NCBI GenBank assembly: GCA_964383495.1
Contig: CAYLHG010000002.1
Coordinates: 94,137-158,136, forward strand
Source of the DNA: an uncultured Gammaproteobacteria bacterium
Lineage (GTDB): Bacteria; Pseudomonadota; Gammaproteobacteria; JABCZS01
Direction of reading: 5' to 3'
Length of the DNA stretch: 64,000 bases
Every line of letters begins with the position of its first letter. Positions within the stretch are counted from its first letter, which is position 1. This document shows positions 43,329 through 53,133 of the stretch, one piece after another. The notes under the pieces were generated by a model. The model had not been told where the DNA came from. It saw only the letters and a list, made by a program, of their open reading frames with translations, and made no database searches. The position numbers and the translations under genes were made by a program.

Positions 43329-45314
43329 TCATATGTTTGATTGACACAAATCTAATAAATGTGCTGCAGTTAAGCCCATCGTTTCATATACTTTCAGACC
43401 AGGCGCAGAGTACCCGAAATCTTCCAACCCTAATACCGCTTCTACCGGCACCCAGCGCAACCAACTGTCTTTCACACCGGCTTCTACAGCAATACGGCGC
43501 ACGCCTTTTGGCAATACAGTATCTTGATACGCTTTTTCTTGTTGCCGAAATAATTCCATACACGGCATTGAGACCACACGCACGCCGATTTGTTTTTCTT
43601 CTAATGCTTGTTTCGCGGTCATCGCAAGTTCAATTTCTGATCCAGTGGCTAAGATCACTAATTTGAGCGGTGCGACATGTTCACTTAAAATATATCCACC
43701 TTTTTGAATATCATTCAATTGCGTGCTCGTACGCGATTGTGCTGGAAGGTTTTGTCGGCTCAATGCCAATACCGATGGGCCATGATATTGCAACGCTTTT
43801 TCCCACGCGACAGCTGTTTCAGCCGTGTCACAAGGGCGCCAAACATGTACGCGTGGAATAATGCGCAAACTGGCTAAATGTTCAATCGGTTGATGTGTGG
43901 GGCCATCTTCGCCGACACCAATAGAATCATGTGTGAGCACATAAATCACACGTTGCCGCATGAGTGCAGATAAACGAATGGCATTTCTAGCATAATCAGA
44001 AAATACCAAAAAAGTACCGCCAAAGGGAATGATTCCACCATGCAAAGCTAATCCGTTCATGATTCCTGCCATGCCGAACTCACGCACACCATATTCAATA
44101 TAATTTCCACCAGGATTGTCCGGCGTGATCATACTTGTATCAGTACAAGTAGTTAAATTAGAAACAGAAAGATCAGCTGATCCTCCTAGACATTCTGGGA
44201 CATGTTTTGTAATGTATTCAATGCATAATTGTGATGATTTTCGCGTCGCAATTGATTTGTTATTATGTTGGCAATCTTGGATAAATTGCGCAAAACTCTC
44301 TTTGAAATGATCAGGCAATTTACCTGATAATACACGTTTATATTCTTTGGCTTCTTCAGGATATTTCGTTTCATACGCTTTCATCAACGCATCCCATTCC
44401 TGATGCGATTTTTTTCCTTTTTCAATACCATCCCAATCTTTCTTAACCTGCTCGGGCAAATCAAATGGAACATGTTCTTGCCATTTTAATTGTTCACGCG
44501 TGCGTACAATTTCTTCTTTTCCTAACGGCGAACCGTGTGTTTTGGATGTGCCTGCAACAGAAGGCGCTCCAAACCCAATAATAGTACGTGCGCAAATTAA
44601 TGTCGGTTTCGAAGTTTGCGCTTTAGCTTCTACGAATGCTTTATGGATTGCTTGTGCGTCATGACCATCAATGGAAATCACATGCCAACCATATGATGCA
44701 AACCGTTTCGGAATATCTTCACTAAACCAAGGCGCAACAGGACCGTCAATGGAAATACCATTATTATCCCACACAGCAATCAATTTATTTAATTGTTGCG
44801 TGCCTGCAAGCGATGCCGCTTCATGAGACAACCCTTCCATCATGCAACCATCACCCATAAAAACATAGGTGTGATGGTCCACAATATCGAAACCAGGGCG
44901 GTTAAACCGCGCTGCCAACACCCTTTCAGCGAGAGCCATTCCCACTGCATTACAAATGCCTGCGCCTAGAGGGCCGGTGCTGGTTTCTACGCCAGGCGTA
45001 TCGCCATATTCTGGATGGCCCGGCGTTTTACTGTGTAATTGGCGAAAGGCTTTCAAATCGTCCACAGAAACGTCATAGCCCGTTAAATGCAACACACTGT
45101 ACAACAGCATGGAACCATGCCCATTAGAGAGGACAAAGCGGTCCCGATCTGGCCAGGTAGGGTTTCGAGGATCATGTTTCAAAAAATCTAACCAAAGCAC
45201 TTCAGCAAGATCAGCCATGCCCATTGGCATACCAGGATGCCCAGAATCCGCTTGCTGCACAGCATCCATACTCAACACACGGATAGCATTTGCACGTTCA
45301 AAATGTGTAGACAT
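43329..45314 (-). CDS. tkt: Transketolase.
   Basis: SGHPGMPMGMA TPP-binding motif. Start at MSTHFERANAIR by homology, with an AGGGA SD. The ORF track extends it to 45362. Confidence 0.9.
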   Translation of the reverse strand: MSTHFERANAIRVLSMDAVQQADSGHPGMPMGMADLAEVLWLDFLKHDPRNPTWPDRDRFVLSNGHGSMLLYSVLHLTGYDVSVDDLKAFRQLHSKTPGHPEYGDTPGVETSTGPLGAGICNAVGMALAERVLAARFNRPGFDIVDHHTYVFMGDGCMMEGLSHEAASLAGTQQLNKLIAVWDNNGISIDGPVAPWFSEDIPKRFASYGWHVISIDGHDAQAIHKAFVEAKAQTSKPTLICARTIIGFGAPSVAGTSKTHGSPLGKEEIVRTREQLKWQEHVPFDLPEQVKKDWDGIEKGKKSHQEWDALMKAYETKYPEEAKEYKRVLSGKLPDHFKESFAQFIQDCQHNNKSIATRKSSQLCIEYITKHVPECLGGSADLSVSNLTTCTDTSMITPDNPGGNYIEYGVREFGMAGIMNGLALHGGIIPFGGTFLVFSDYARNAIRLSALMRQRVIYVLTHDSIGVGEDGPTHQPIEHLASLRIIPRVHVWRPCDTAETAVAWEKALQYHGPSVLALSRQNLPAQSRTSTQLNDIQKGGYILSEHVAPLKLVILATGSEIELAMTAKQALEEKQIGVRVVSMPCMELFRQQEKAYQDTVLPKGVRRIAVEAGVKDSWLRWVPVEAVLGLEDFGYSAPGLKVYETMGLTAAHLLDLCQSNI

Positions 45315-45327
45315 GAGGTCCCTTTCT

Positions 45328-46503
45328 TTATACAGCGACGGCGCTCCGTAAGCGTTGAGCAAATTGGCTTAATGCCGCAATGCCAGTTGCTTCCGCTTCA
45401 TGAATCCAAGCTTGCACAGATTCAAGCAGCTCTTTTTGTGTAGCTGTTGTTTTGTCCCACAAACTGTGTAGGCGACGTTTGAAATCGTACACAATGCGGA
45501 CCTCGTGATCAGCTTCCAGCGCACGCTCTAGAAATTTTTTACCTTCCGCATCAATCAAACATTCCTCACGGATGAGCAATGCTTTTGTGCGGGAGCAAGT
45601 ACGCACCTGCGCAACGACAGGGGCAATTACATCTCGTGCATAATGCGCCATCACCGCAAAACGATTTGAAAATAATGCTGTGACAGTATCTAAATCAATC
45701 GCATTCTTTTCTGCATGATAAATCAACGCTGGCGGAATGCGTTTAGGACGTGCCAACCCTACTTTAGAGAATAGAGTAATGTACATCCAGCCTAAATCAA
45801 ACTCCCAAGGCTTCACCGAAAATTTTGCAGACGTTCCAAACGTATGATGGTTATTATGTAACTCTTCGCCACACAATATAATACCTATCGGTGAAATATT
45901 ACGCGCTGCATCTGGGCATTCAAAGTTACGGTATCCCCAAAAATGCCCAATACCGTTTACCACACCCGCTGCAGCAACAGGGGACCACAACATTTGCACA
46001 CACCAAATAGCAATGCCTGGCACGCCTAACAAAAGCAAATTGACCAAAAACATAAGCTTAATACCCAACGCGCTGTGCTTTGTGTATAAATTACGCTCCA
46101 ACCAATCATCCGGTGTGCCTTGCCCGTAACGCTCCATGGTTTCCGGGTTACGCGCTTCTTTGCGATACAATTCTGCGCCAAAAAATAGTACGGTGCTCAG
46201 CCCGAGTACTTGAGGACTGTGAGGATCATCTTCTGTTTCACATTTTGCATGATGCTTGCGGTGAATTGCTGTCCACTGCTTCGTCACAATACCTGTTGTC
46301 ATCCATAATACAAAACGACATAGGTGCATGATACTGGGATGTAAATCAAGCGCCCGATGCGCCATGGCGCGATGCAAAAACAAAGTGATCGCAAGATTCG
46401 TTACATGAAGCGAAAGTGCTACAACAATAAAATAGCCCCACCAAGGGAGATCAAGAATTCCATAGAACATAAGTATACTCTCTGGTAACCAAGTTATCAT
46501 CAT
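45328..46503 (-). CDS. Membrane fatty-acid (acyl-CoA/acyl-lipid delta-9-type) desaturase.
   Basis: Three His boxes (HRAMAHR, HRKHH, HNNHH) in the desaturase order, plus N-terminal TM helices. Confidence 0.8.
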   Translation of the reverse strand: MMITWLPESILMFYGILDLPWWGYFIVVALSLHVTNLAITLFLHRAMAHRALDLHPSIMHLCRFVLWMTTGIVTKQWTAIHRKHHAKCETEDDPHSPQVLGLSTVLFFGAELYRKEARNPETMERYGQGTPDDWLERNLYTKHSALGIKLMFLVNLLLLGVPGIAIWCVQMLWSPVAAAGVVNGIGHFWGYRNFECPDAARNISPIGIILCGEELHNNHHTFGTSAKFSVKPWEFDLGWMYITLFSKVGLARPKRIPPALIYHAEKNAIDLDTVTALFSNRFAVMAHYARDVIAPVVAQVRTCSRTKALLIREECLIDAEGKKFLERALEADHEVRIVYDFKRRLHSLWDKTTATQKELLESVQAWIHEAEATGIAALSQFAQRLRSAVAV

Positions 46504-46551
46504 TATATATGGGTTGAGCTGAAATTAGCAAGTATATTTAAAATCAATAAG

Positions 46552-47691
46552 TTACAACGAATTCAGATGCTTTTCTGACCCAATAGCGCCCGTTAACCAC
46601 GATCCTAAGCATAATCCATAGCATCCGAGTATCAGCAAGGCCATTCCCACCGCCCCCCAAGCGCTTACAAGCCCCATACAAAAGGTTCCTACAAAACCTA
46701 CCAAGGCCAAATAAAACGCTACCCATCCAGCCGCAGTTCCTGCTTTGTCACCATGCGCTTTAAATATCAATGAAAAAGATAAGGGGTAAATAGCCCCATT
46801 CGAAAAAGCAGTGATCGCATAAGGAACCAATATCTGCCAGACACTTTTAACAGGCCAATACATGACGCTCGCGCATAAAACAATACTGCCCACGATGGCT
46901 ACCACTATAACGTAACACAACGCCTTTTGCTTACCGAATGTTCTTCCCATCCATGCACTCAATGCACCTCCAAGCATAAAGGTTAATGTTTGAGGAATAA
47001 TGAATGGCCCTATTAAAGATTCCGGCAAGTTTAAACGATGTAATGCAAAGGGAAATTCTGCGAGAAAAATATAAAATGCTGCGCTTGATAAACAAATCAA
47101 CCCTACGTTTCCAATAAAAATAGGACACGACATTAACTTTGTAGCATTTACAAAATAAGTTTTGAGTGCTAAAGCCTGCCGGCGCTCTACCGGCAACGTT
47201 TCTTGTAACCAACTGATTGTCATCATGAATAAAAACAAACCTAACACTGCAGTGAATAAAAAAGTAGATTGAAATCCGAACGTGCTGAGTAAAAAAGCGC
47301 CTAACATCGGCATGAAAATAGGAGATAATGCCGTGAAAGGAAAGATCCAGGCGAAAAAAATATCTCGTCGATGCAGTGCTAATGCATCCACTAAAATACT
47401 TTGCCACAATGCTGCGGGTGCACACACGCCTACTGCTTGCAAGAAACGCATTATCCATAACCATTCAACCGTAGAGACGATAGCACAAGCGCATGAAGCC
47501 AGAATAAATAAAGAAAGGCTTACTATTAAAATAATGCGCCGCCCTATGCTATCCGACAATGCACCCCAGAACACTTGCCCAATAGCCATGCCTAATAAAT
47601 AGGCACTCACGCTTTGTTGAATATCGCCTGAAGTTGTATTGAAAAAAGATTGAAGCGTCACGAAAATAGGAAGCGTCATATCCAACGCCAA
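46552..47691 (-). CDS. MFS transporter, Bcr/CflA (DHA1) drug-resistance family.
   Basis: GMAIGQVFWGALSDSIGRR motif and a 12-TM profile. The true start may lie upstream at a non-ATG codon. Confidence 0.75.
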   Translation of the reverse strand: MALDMTLPIFVTLQSFFNTTSGDIQQSVSAYLLGMAIGQVFWGALSDSIGRRIILIVSLSLFILASCACAIVSTVEWLWIMRFLQAVGVCAPAALWQSILVDALALHRRDIFFAWIFPFTALSPIFMPMLGAFLLSTFGFQSTFLFTAVLGLFLFMMTISWLQETLPVERRQALALKTYFVNATKLMSCPIFIGNVGLICLSSAAFYIFLAEFPFALHRLNLPESLIGPFIIPQTLTFMLGGALSAWMGRTFGKQKALCYVIVVAIVGSIVLCASVMYWPVKSVWQILVPYAITAFSNGAIYPLSFSLIFKAHGDKAGTAAGWVAFYLALVGFVGTFCMGLVSAWGAVGMALLILGCYGLCLGSWLTGAIGSEKHLNSL

Positions 47692-47814
47692 AAATGGTAG
47701 CGTGGCGAGGAGAGCAGTGTATGCGAAAAGGATTTTTGTATTGATGGTTAAAACCCCCGCGCGACGGGCGCATGCTTGCCCTAGGATGATATGCCCGACA
47801 AGAAGCGGTTGTCA

Positions 47815-48570
47815 TTACTGTTTCACTGGATCAAAATCAATTTTTTGCGTATTTGAAGTAAATGTTTCCTTGTTCACCAGAAAATTCACTACGTCTACTA
47901 ATTGTTCTAGACCACCCGACATTTGTACATCGGTGTAATATTTACCAGCAACGACAAAAGAAGGAATAGCACGAATATCATAAGCTTTTGCCATCAACTC
48001 ACTTTGCTTCATGCGACGGCGCACATCAAAACTATTATATACAGCATCAAAATCTTTCGGCTGTACGCTTAATTGCGTTTGAAAAAATGTGCGCAGCTTC
48101 TCTTGCGTACTTAAATCCTCACCTTCCGAGTGAACTGCAAAAAAGATTTTATGGTGCCCTTCTTTTAAAACATTCTCATACTTTTTATGCTTCATTTCGC
48201 TCAAAGCCTGTGCAATGTAAAAAGCACGCGCATACTGGTCCCACCCTGGGTGCGTCCACGCCACCGGAATATCCACGAAATCCACTAAATTTTGTGATTT
48301 CTTCTCTTCGTACCATTTGCTGACCAATGGCTCTTCACGGCTGCAAACAGGGCAACCATAATTAAAAAATTGCCATACACCTACTTGGTTTTTAGGCACT
48401 TCTGCTAATAACGCTTTTACAGTAGGATCTTGCATGGCTTGTGGCGCTACAAGGCGGTACTGCTTCCCTTCTACAAAAGCTAGCTCTTGAATTTCCATCG
48501 CTGCCTCAGCGGCAAATAATGATGGCACGAAAAGCCATAACGCCAATATTTTTTTCATCCATTGCATCAT
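47815..48570 (-). CDS. Periplasmic DsbA-family thiol:disulfide oxidoreductase.
   Basis: Signal peptide, thioredoxin-fold CPVC active site (FFNYGCPVCS) and a DsbA helical insert. Sits downstream of cytochrome c4, as is common in gammaproteobacteria. Start at MMQW, which has a GAGGGAG SD. Confidence 0.75.
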   Translation of the reverse strand: MMQWMKKILALWLFVPSLFAAEAAMEIQELAFVEGKQYRLVAPQAMQDPTVKALLAEVPKNQVGVWQFFNYGCPVCSREEPLVSKWYEEKKSQNLVDFVDIPVAWTHPGWDQYARAFYIAQALSEMKHKKYENVLKEGHHKIFFAVHSEGEDLSTQEKLRTFFQTQLSVQPKDFDAVYNSFDVRRRMKQSELMAKAYDIRAIPSFVVAGKYYTDVQMSGGLEQLVDVVNFLVNKETFTSNTQKIDFDPVKQ

Positions 48571-48590
48571 GCTCTCCCTCATCTCAATCA

Positions 48591-49232
48591 TTAATGTAAT
48601 CCTGAAATATAGCTTGCCACCGCTTTCATGTCATCCGTCGACATCTCAGCAGTCACTCCATGCATCATACCATTGTAACCGCCATCACGCTGCCCTTCAC
48701 GAAAAGCTTGAAGCTGTGTTAACACATATTCAGCGTTTTGCCCAGCCAACGCAGGAAACCCCGCCAATGCGTTGCCCTCTCCTTGAGGTCCATGGCAACC
48801 TGAACATGCTGGTACGTTTGAATCTGTCAGACCGCCACGGTAAATGCGCTGCCCACGTTGTACCAATGCGGGATCTGCTTGAGCATGAACGCGAGGCTCC
48901 GCACTGTAATAAGCAGCCAAATCAGCCATATCTTGCTCACTCAAAGGTGCTGCCATTCCCATCATGATGGGGTTATTACGTGGCCCCGTTGCGCCTTGTT
49001 TAAACGCCACCAGTGAATTATACAAATAAACGGCATCTTGGCCGCCTAAATTGGGGTACGCCGGCAACAATGCCTTTCCATCTGCACCATGGCAAGTTGC
49101 GCACGTGGTTGATATTTGTTTCCCGTGTTCTGCATTTCCCACGGGCATAACCGCTGCCACAGCCGCTGATGCCATGATTGCAAGACACATACTGATGATG
49201 AATGAACGAAAGTAAGTCAACTTAGCCCCCAC
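48591..49232 (-). CDS. Cytochrome c4 (di-haem).
   Basis: Two CxxCH motifs (CATCHG, CSGCHG), each followed by a distal Met region. Signal peptide present. Confidence 0.85.
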   Translation of the reverse strand: MGAKLTYFRSFIISMCLAIMASAAVAAVMPVGNAEHGKQISTTCATCHGADGKALLPAYPNLGGQDAVYLYNSLVAFKQGATGPRNNPIMMGMAAPLSEQDMADLAAYYSAEPRVHAQADPALVQRGQRIYRGGLTDSNVPACSGCHGPQGEGNALAGFPALAGQNAEYVLTQLQAFREGQRDGGYNGMMHGVTAEMSTDDMKAVASYISGLH

Positions 49233-49302
49233 ATATCTTATTGCTACCAGCCGCCTACTACTGTAGACTTTGCCATTCTATCTTATTTTGAGGACATTGG
49301 GT

Positions 49303-49908
49303 ATGAGTATTGCTCCGTACCAACAAGCTACTTTTTTAAGAAGTGCAGCTTCACTCAACGACCTCACGCCGGACATTGGCGCGGAAGTAGCCTTTATTGG
49401 GCGGTCTAACGCTGGCAAATCCAGTGCTATTAATTGGCTATGTGGACAAAAACAGTTGGCCCGCGTTTCTAATACGCCGGGGCGCACTCAGTTGATTAAT
49501 ATTTTTGCATTAGATATTACGCGTCACTTAATCGATTTACCCGGATATGGTTTTGCAAAAGCATCTCGGGAAGCCCAAACTAAATGGAAACATTTAATTG
49601 ACGCTTATTTACACCATCGTCAATGTTTAAAAGGGCTAGTGCTATTGATGGATATTCGCCATCCATTACAATCCAGCGATCAATATTTATTACAATGGTG
49701 CGAAGAAATTCGCATGCCTGTTCGCATTTTGCTGTCTAAAGCAGATAAGCTCAGCTATAGTGCCGCTCAAAAAACACTCAAAGAAATTGAAAAAAAAGTA
49801 AACCCAGAAATTTGTGCAGTGCAATTATTTTCTACGCTAAAAAAACAGGGGCTGGATGAATTAATTCTGCAATTGGATTACTGGTTAGGCATTGAGCGAA
49901 TTTCCTAA
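49303..49908 (+). CDS. engB: Ribosome-biogenesis GTPase EngB/YihA.
   Basis: G1 motif GRSNAGKSS, DLPGYG and SKADK motifs. Start at MSIAPYQQ with a GAGGA SD. Confidence 0.85.
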   Translation: MSIAPYQQATFLRSAASLNDLTPDIGAEVAFIGRSNAGKSSAINWLCGQKQLARVSNTPGRTQLINIFALDITRHLIDLPGYGFAKASREAQTKWKHLIDAYLHHRQCLKGLVLLMDIRHPLQSSDQYLLQWCEEIRMPVRILLSKADKLSYSAAQKTLKEIEKKVNPEICAVQLFSTLKKQGLDELILQLDYWLGIERIS

Positions 49909-51204
49909 TCGCTTACCCATTGATCGCATGCCTTCAAAAATTGGTTCGCTGATATAAGAAGGGAAACCTCTAGGTAATTGAGAAGAAACTGTTTGAACGA
50001 CCATTTCTACCTGTTTCAACATGGTTTCCAAAATCATTTTAGCTCTTTCCGCAGGATAGTCGGCAAATTCTGCGGTTTGTATAAAATGACGGGCTTGAAT
50101 TCCCTGCCATTCATAATGGTGATTTTTCCCCTTTAATGACATTGCCATTTTTATTTTTTGTGCTTGCAACTCTTTCTTGGCGATCAATGGGTACGCAGAC
50201 ATAATATCATATAGCGGAGTTAATCGGCATTGCCCGCTTGGCTCGATAAAAATACTGAAATTTTTTGCATGCCCATCAATGGCTGCTAACAACCAAAATA
50301 AAATTTGAGCACGATAAAAAATATCTCTATCATCGGCAGACTGTGTTGATCTCAATAGCACTTTCATAATATCTTTAATTCCTGGGCCACCGTCTGACTG
50401 GTACTTCAAATTTGAAGCCACGCCGAGCGCTTGGCACATGTCTTCTTGTGGCAAGCGCATCAACCATTGGGCATCGTGCGAAAATTTTCTATCAAATCTT
50501 TCAACAGCTAATATTTTTTCGTCTCCAAATTTCAATATCTCGCACGATGCAACAGTAAACCCAAATTTTGAAGCGATTTCCGAGCACAGCCATTCATTCT
50601 CACAGCTATCACTTAAATCCATATTTTGATGAGCAATATATCCAATAGGCAATTTAAAAATATGGCTTGTAGGTGTTTCTCCCAACGGTTTACACCATTT
50701 TTTTTTATGGTATAAAAATGCAAATTTTTCTTGTGCGCCTGCAATAGAAATTCGAAATTCATCTCGATTATTTTGCATACCCAATGGAGAGTTTTTATAA
50801 TCTTTTAAAATTGAAGCCATCTCATTTTCGCTTAATGGCTCTGCTAGAATTTCTTTTTTAAAAAATGGAATTTCACCTTCCACTAGTTGAACTGCTCCTA
50901 CACAATCCTTACCAATACTAGCAAGCAAATCAAATGGATGACTGGTGGGGATTTTCAAAACAGCTTGTATACGTGAACGAATTTGCAAATTATCAGGAAG
51001 CAAATTATCGAAAAAATTATAAACCACCTCTCCAGAAAAAAGATTAAATGATAATGGGAGAGATAACGAAATGGGGCGCGCTCCAGGAGTTTCCATCCAC
51101 TCTTTCGCATAAACGAATGTCATTGCCCCTGTGCGGGATTTTTCCAAATTTCCCACTAATACGCCATTCATTAATACATTTAATATTCGGCCTTCTTTTT
51201 TCAT
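49885..51204 (-). CDS. hipA: HipA-family Ser/Thr kinase toxin (type II TA).
   Basis: HipA N-terminal domain and a catalytic-loop-like DGHAKNFS. The ATG overlaps the hipB TAA stop (TAATG). Confidence 0.8.
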   Translation of the reverse strand: MKKEGRILNVLMNGVLVGNLEKSRTGAMTFVYAKEWMETPGARPISLSLPLSFNLFSGEVVYNFFDNLLPDNLQIRSRIQAVLKIPTSHPFDLLASIGKDCVGAVQLVEGEIPFFKKEILAEPLSENEMASILKDYKNSPLGMQNNRDEFRISIAGAQEKFAFLYHKKKWCKPLGETPTSHIFKLPIGYIAHQNMDLSDSCENEWLCSEIASKFGFTVASCEILKFGDEKILAVERFDRKFSHDAQWLMRLPQEDMCQALGVASNLKYQSDGGPGIKDIMKVLLRSTQSADDRDIFYRAQILFWLLAAIDGHAKNFSIFIEPSGQCRLTPLYDIMSAYPLIAKKELQAQKIKMAMSLKGKNHHYEWQGIQARHFIQTAEFADYPAERAKMILETMLKQVEMVVQTVSSQLPRGFPSYISEPIFEGMRSMGKRLGNSLNA

Positions 51205-51452
51205 TACCACTCTTCCTTCCACTGCTCGCCCTTCATTGGGTGCCCTCTCACATTGATGACAATTTCTAAATTTAAGGCAGCAAGCATACGAAATAAGGTG
51301 TCCAATTTAGTGCCGCTTGGTTTATTTTCAAACTCTGAAATAGTAGCTTGCTTTAAGCCCACTAAATCGGCTGCTTCTGTTTGGCTTAACCCCAATTCCC
51401 GACGTTTCTCCTTAACAGCTACTGCTAGATCTTCTGCGCACCGAATAAACAT
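51204..51452 (-). CDS. hipB: HipB-like XRE-family HTH antitoxin.
   Basis: 82 aa with a helix-turn-helix (LGLSQTEAADLVGLKQATISEFE). Translationally coupled to hipA. Confidence 0.7.
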   Translation of the reverse strand: MFIRCAEDLAVAVKEKRRELGLSQTEAADLVGLKQATISEFENKPSGTKLDTLFRMLAALNLEIVINVRGHPMKGEQWKEEW

Positions 51453-51476
51453 ATAAGCCCCCCTTTAAAATAATTT

Positions 51477-51550
51477 TATCCTCTATAGCAGATAAAATCA
51501 AGTTTATCCCCTACAGGGGTTAATATGTCTTTTATCCCTCATAGCGGATA
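51477..51550. promoter_or_regulatory. Three HipB-operator-like palindromes (TATCC-N8-GGATA class) spaced exactly 28 bp apart upstream of hipB.
   Basis: 51477..51494 is TATCCtctatagcAGATA, 51505..51522 is TATCCcctacaggGGTTA, and 51533..51550 is TATCCctcatagcGGATA (perfect). E. coli hipBA operators have this consensus. Confidence 0.5.
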
Positions 51551-52371
51551 TTAAAGGAAGCTTTTTCACTCTGGGCCAATTTATGACACAACCAAGGCAA
51601 TGCTGTTCCTAAAGCAGGTGCAAGGGTCCAAGGAGGGTTGATTAAAAATACGCCTGACCCGTTCATCCCACGTGCTTCTTCTGTGGCTGGACCCAATGGA
51701 AACAATTCAGCGATTAAATATTTTGGAATTACTTTTGTCAAACGCTTTAACATCGCGGTGACTTTATCTTGAAAAACGATCGGGTACCATAATAAATAAA
51801 CACCCGTAGGAAACTTTGCATAGGCTTCTAATAATGCTTGAGGAATAGTGAGATACTCTTCTTTGATTTCATATGAAGGATCAATCACAATTAGCCCACG
51901 GCGTTCTTTCGGAGGTAACACGGCTTTCAAACTGACCAATCCATCACCATGCACGCAATGCGCGCGCTTGTCTCGATAAAAAAACTGTCTTAAAAATTCA
52001 ATGTCTTTTGGGTGCAGCTCGTTAAGCCATAATCGATCAACATCGCGCAATAATGCTGAAGCAATCGCAGGAGAGCCGGGATAAACATCGAGCTGGCGAT
52101 TGAATTGAAATGAATTCACACAATTTAGATATTGTTGCACTATTTCAGGCGGATTATCAGCATTCCATAAGCGCGCAATGCCTTCTTTATATTCCAATTT
52201 TTTCTGCGCATATTCACTTGATAAAGTATACATCCCAGCGCCTGCATGTGTATCTAAATAAAATAATGGCTTTTCTTTTTGTGTCAACGCTTGCAAGCAA
52301 GCCGCTAAGATGATGTGCTTTAAAACATCTGCATGATTTCCTGCATGGTAAGCGTGACGGTAGCTAAGCAT
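51532..52371 (-). CDS. rlmJ: 23S rRNA (adenine2030-N6)-methyltransferase RlmJ.
   Basis: N-terminus MLSYRHAYHAGNHADVLKH matches the RlmJ/YhiR family. 279 aa. Confidence 0.8.
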   Translation of the reverse strand: MLSYRHAYHAGNHADVLKHIILAACLQALTQKEKPLFYLDTHAGAGMYTLSSEYAQKKLEYKEGIARLWNADNPPEIVQQYLNCVNSFQFNRQLDVYPGSPAIASALLRDVDRLWLNELHPKDIEFLRQFFYRDKRAHCVHGDGLVSLKAVLPPKERRGLIVIDPSYEIKEEYLTIPQALLEAYAKFPTGVYLLWYPIVFQDKVTAMLKRLTKVIPKYLIAELFPLGPATEEARGMNGSGVFLINPPWTLAPALGTALPWLCHKLAQSEKASFNIRYEG

Positions 52372-53118
52372 CAGTATTCCTTAAACCTTTAGAAAGTTCA
52401 GCTTCTAATTCCTCAATAGTTGGGAGCGCTGTTTGCAAATTTTTAGGCAAATCTTTTGTCAATTTATATTCTGAAAGACCAATTGGCTTATTAATATCAC
52501 GCAGGGTATACTCAGCAAGCACATTATCTTTTTCCCGTTCGTGTGCTTCTGCCCCAATACTCAAAAAATCAAAAATATAAGGATCTTTCAATACATGATT
52601 TGCAAGATTTGATTGAGATGATGGCAAAGTTGATTTAAAATTGGTTATAGACTGCCCTTGGCGCTCATGAAGCGCTAATTCAATTTGCGTCACCATCATA
52701 TTTCGAGACCAACCATATTCAATGGCTTTTTTATGTAAAAAAACCTTACCCCCCTCTCTTTTATCTTATCTAATAAGGTTACGTGATGATACCATGGCAA
52801 TTGTGCAAGCACTTCTTGCACAATTATATCTTCTTGATATTCCTTGGAAAATTTCCTCATATACTTAAGGTTTCTAACACCAAACCCTTTCATCTCAGGG
52901 AAAGCTGAACTTAAATCTTTTGACAACTGCTCAATCACATTGCTTCCCCAGCCTTGCTTAGCTTGAGCTTCCAAGATTTGAATGCCAATGTTATGATATA
53001 AAAAAATAAGCTCTTTGTTGGCACTAAAAGCTGCATTATGCCGGCAAGTTATAATGCGATTTTTTAAATTTCCTATCAATGTGTCATATTCTTTGTTAGT
53101 GATATTTTGGTTCATCAT
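52364..53118 (-). pseudogene. Degraded DUF1016/YhcG-family PD-(D/E)XK nuclease gene, with a frameshift in an A6 tract plus an internal deletion of the catalytic core.
   Basis: Two overlapping ORFs (52696..53118 and 52364..52699) together carry the YhcG N-terminal region and the C-terminal NVLAEYTLRDINKPIGLSEYKLT tail. The frame switches at the aaaaaa run near 52713..52718. LKDPYIFDFL is fused directly to the C-terminal tail, with the roughly 100-aa nuclease core absent. Confidence 0.6.
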
Positions 53119-53133
53119 TTTTCCTAATTTTTA

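Noticed and set aside
39934-45314. Absence of a pyruvate kinase gene inside the tkt-gap-pgk-fba operon.
   Set aside because: The gene order of this glycolytic cluster varies among gammaproteobacteria and pyk may be encoded elsewhere. It cannot be called unusual from one window.
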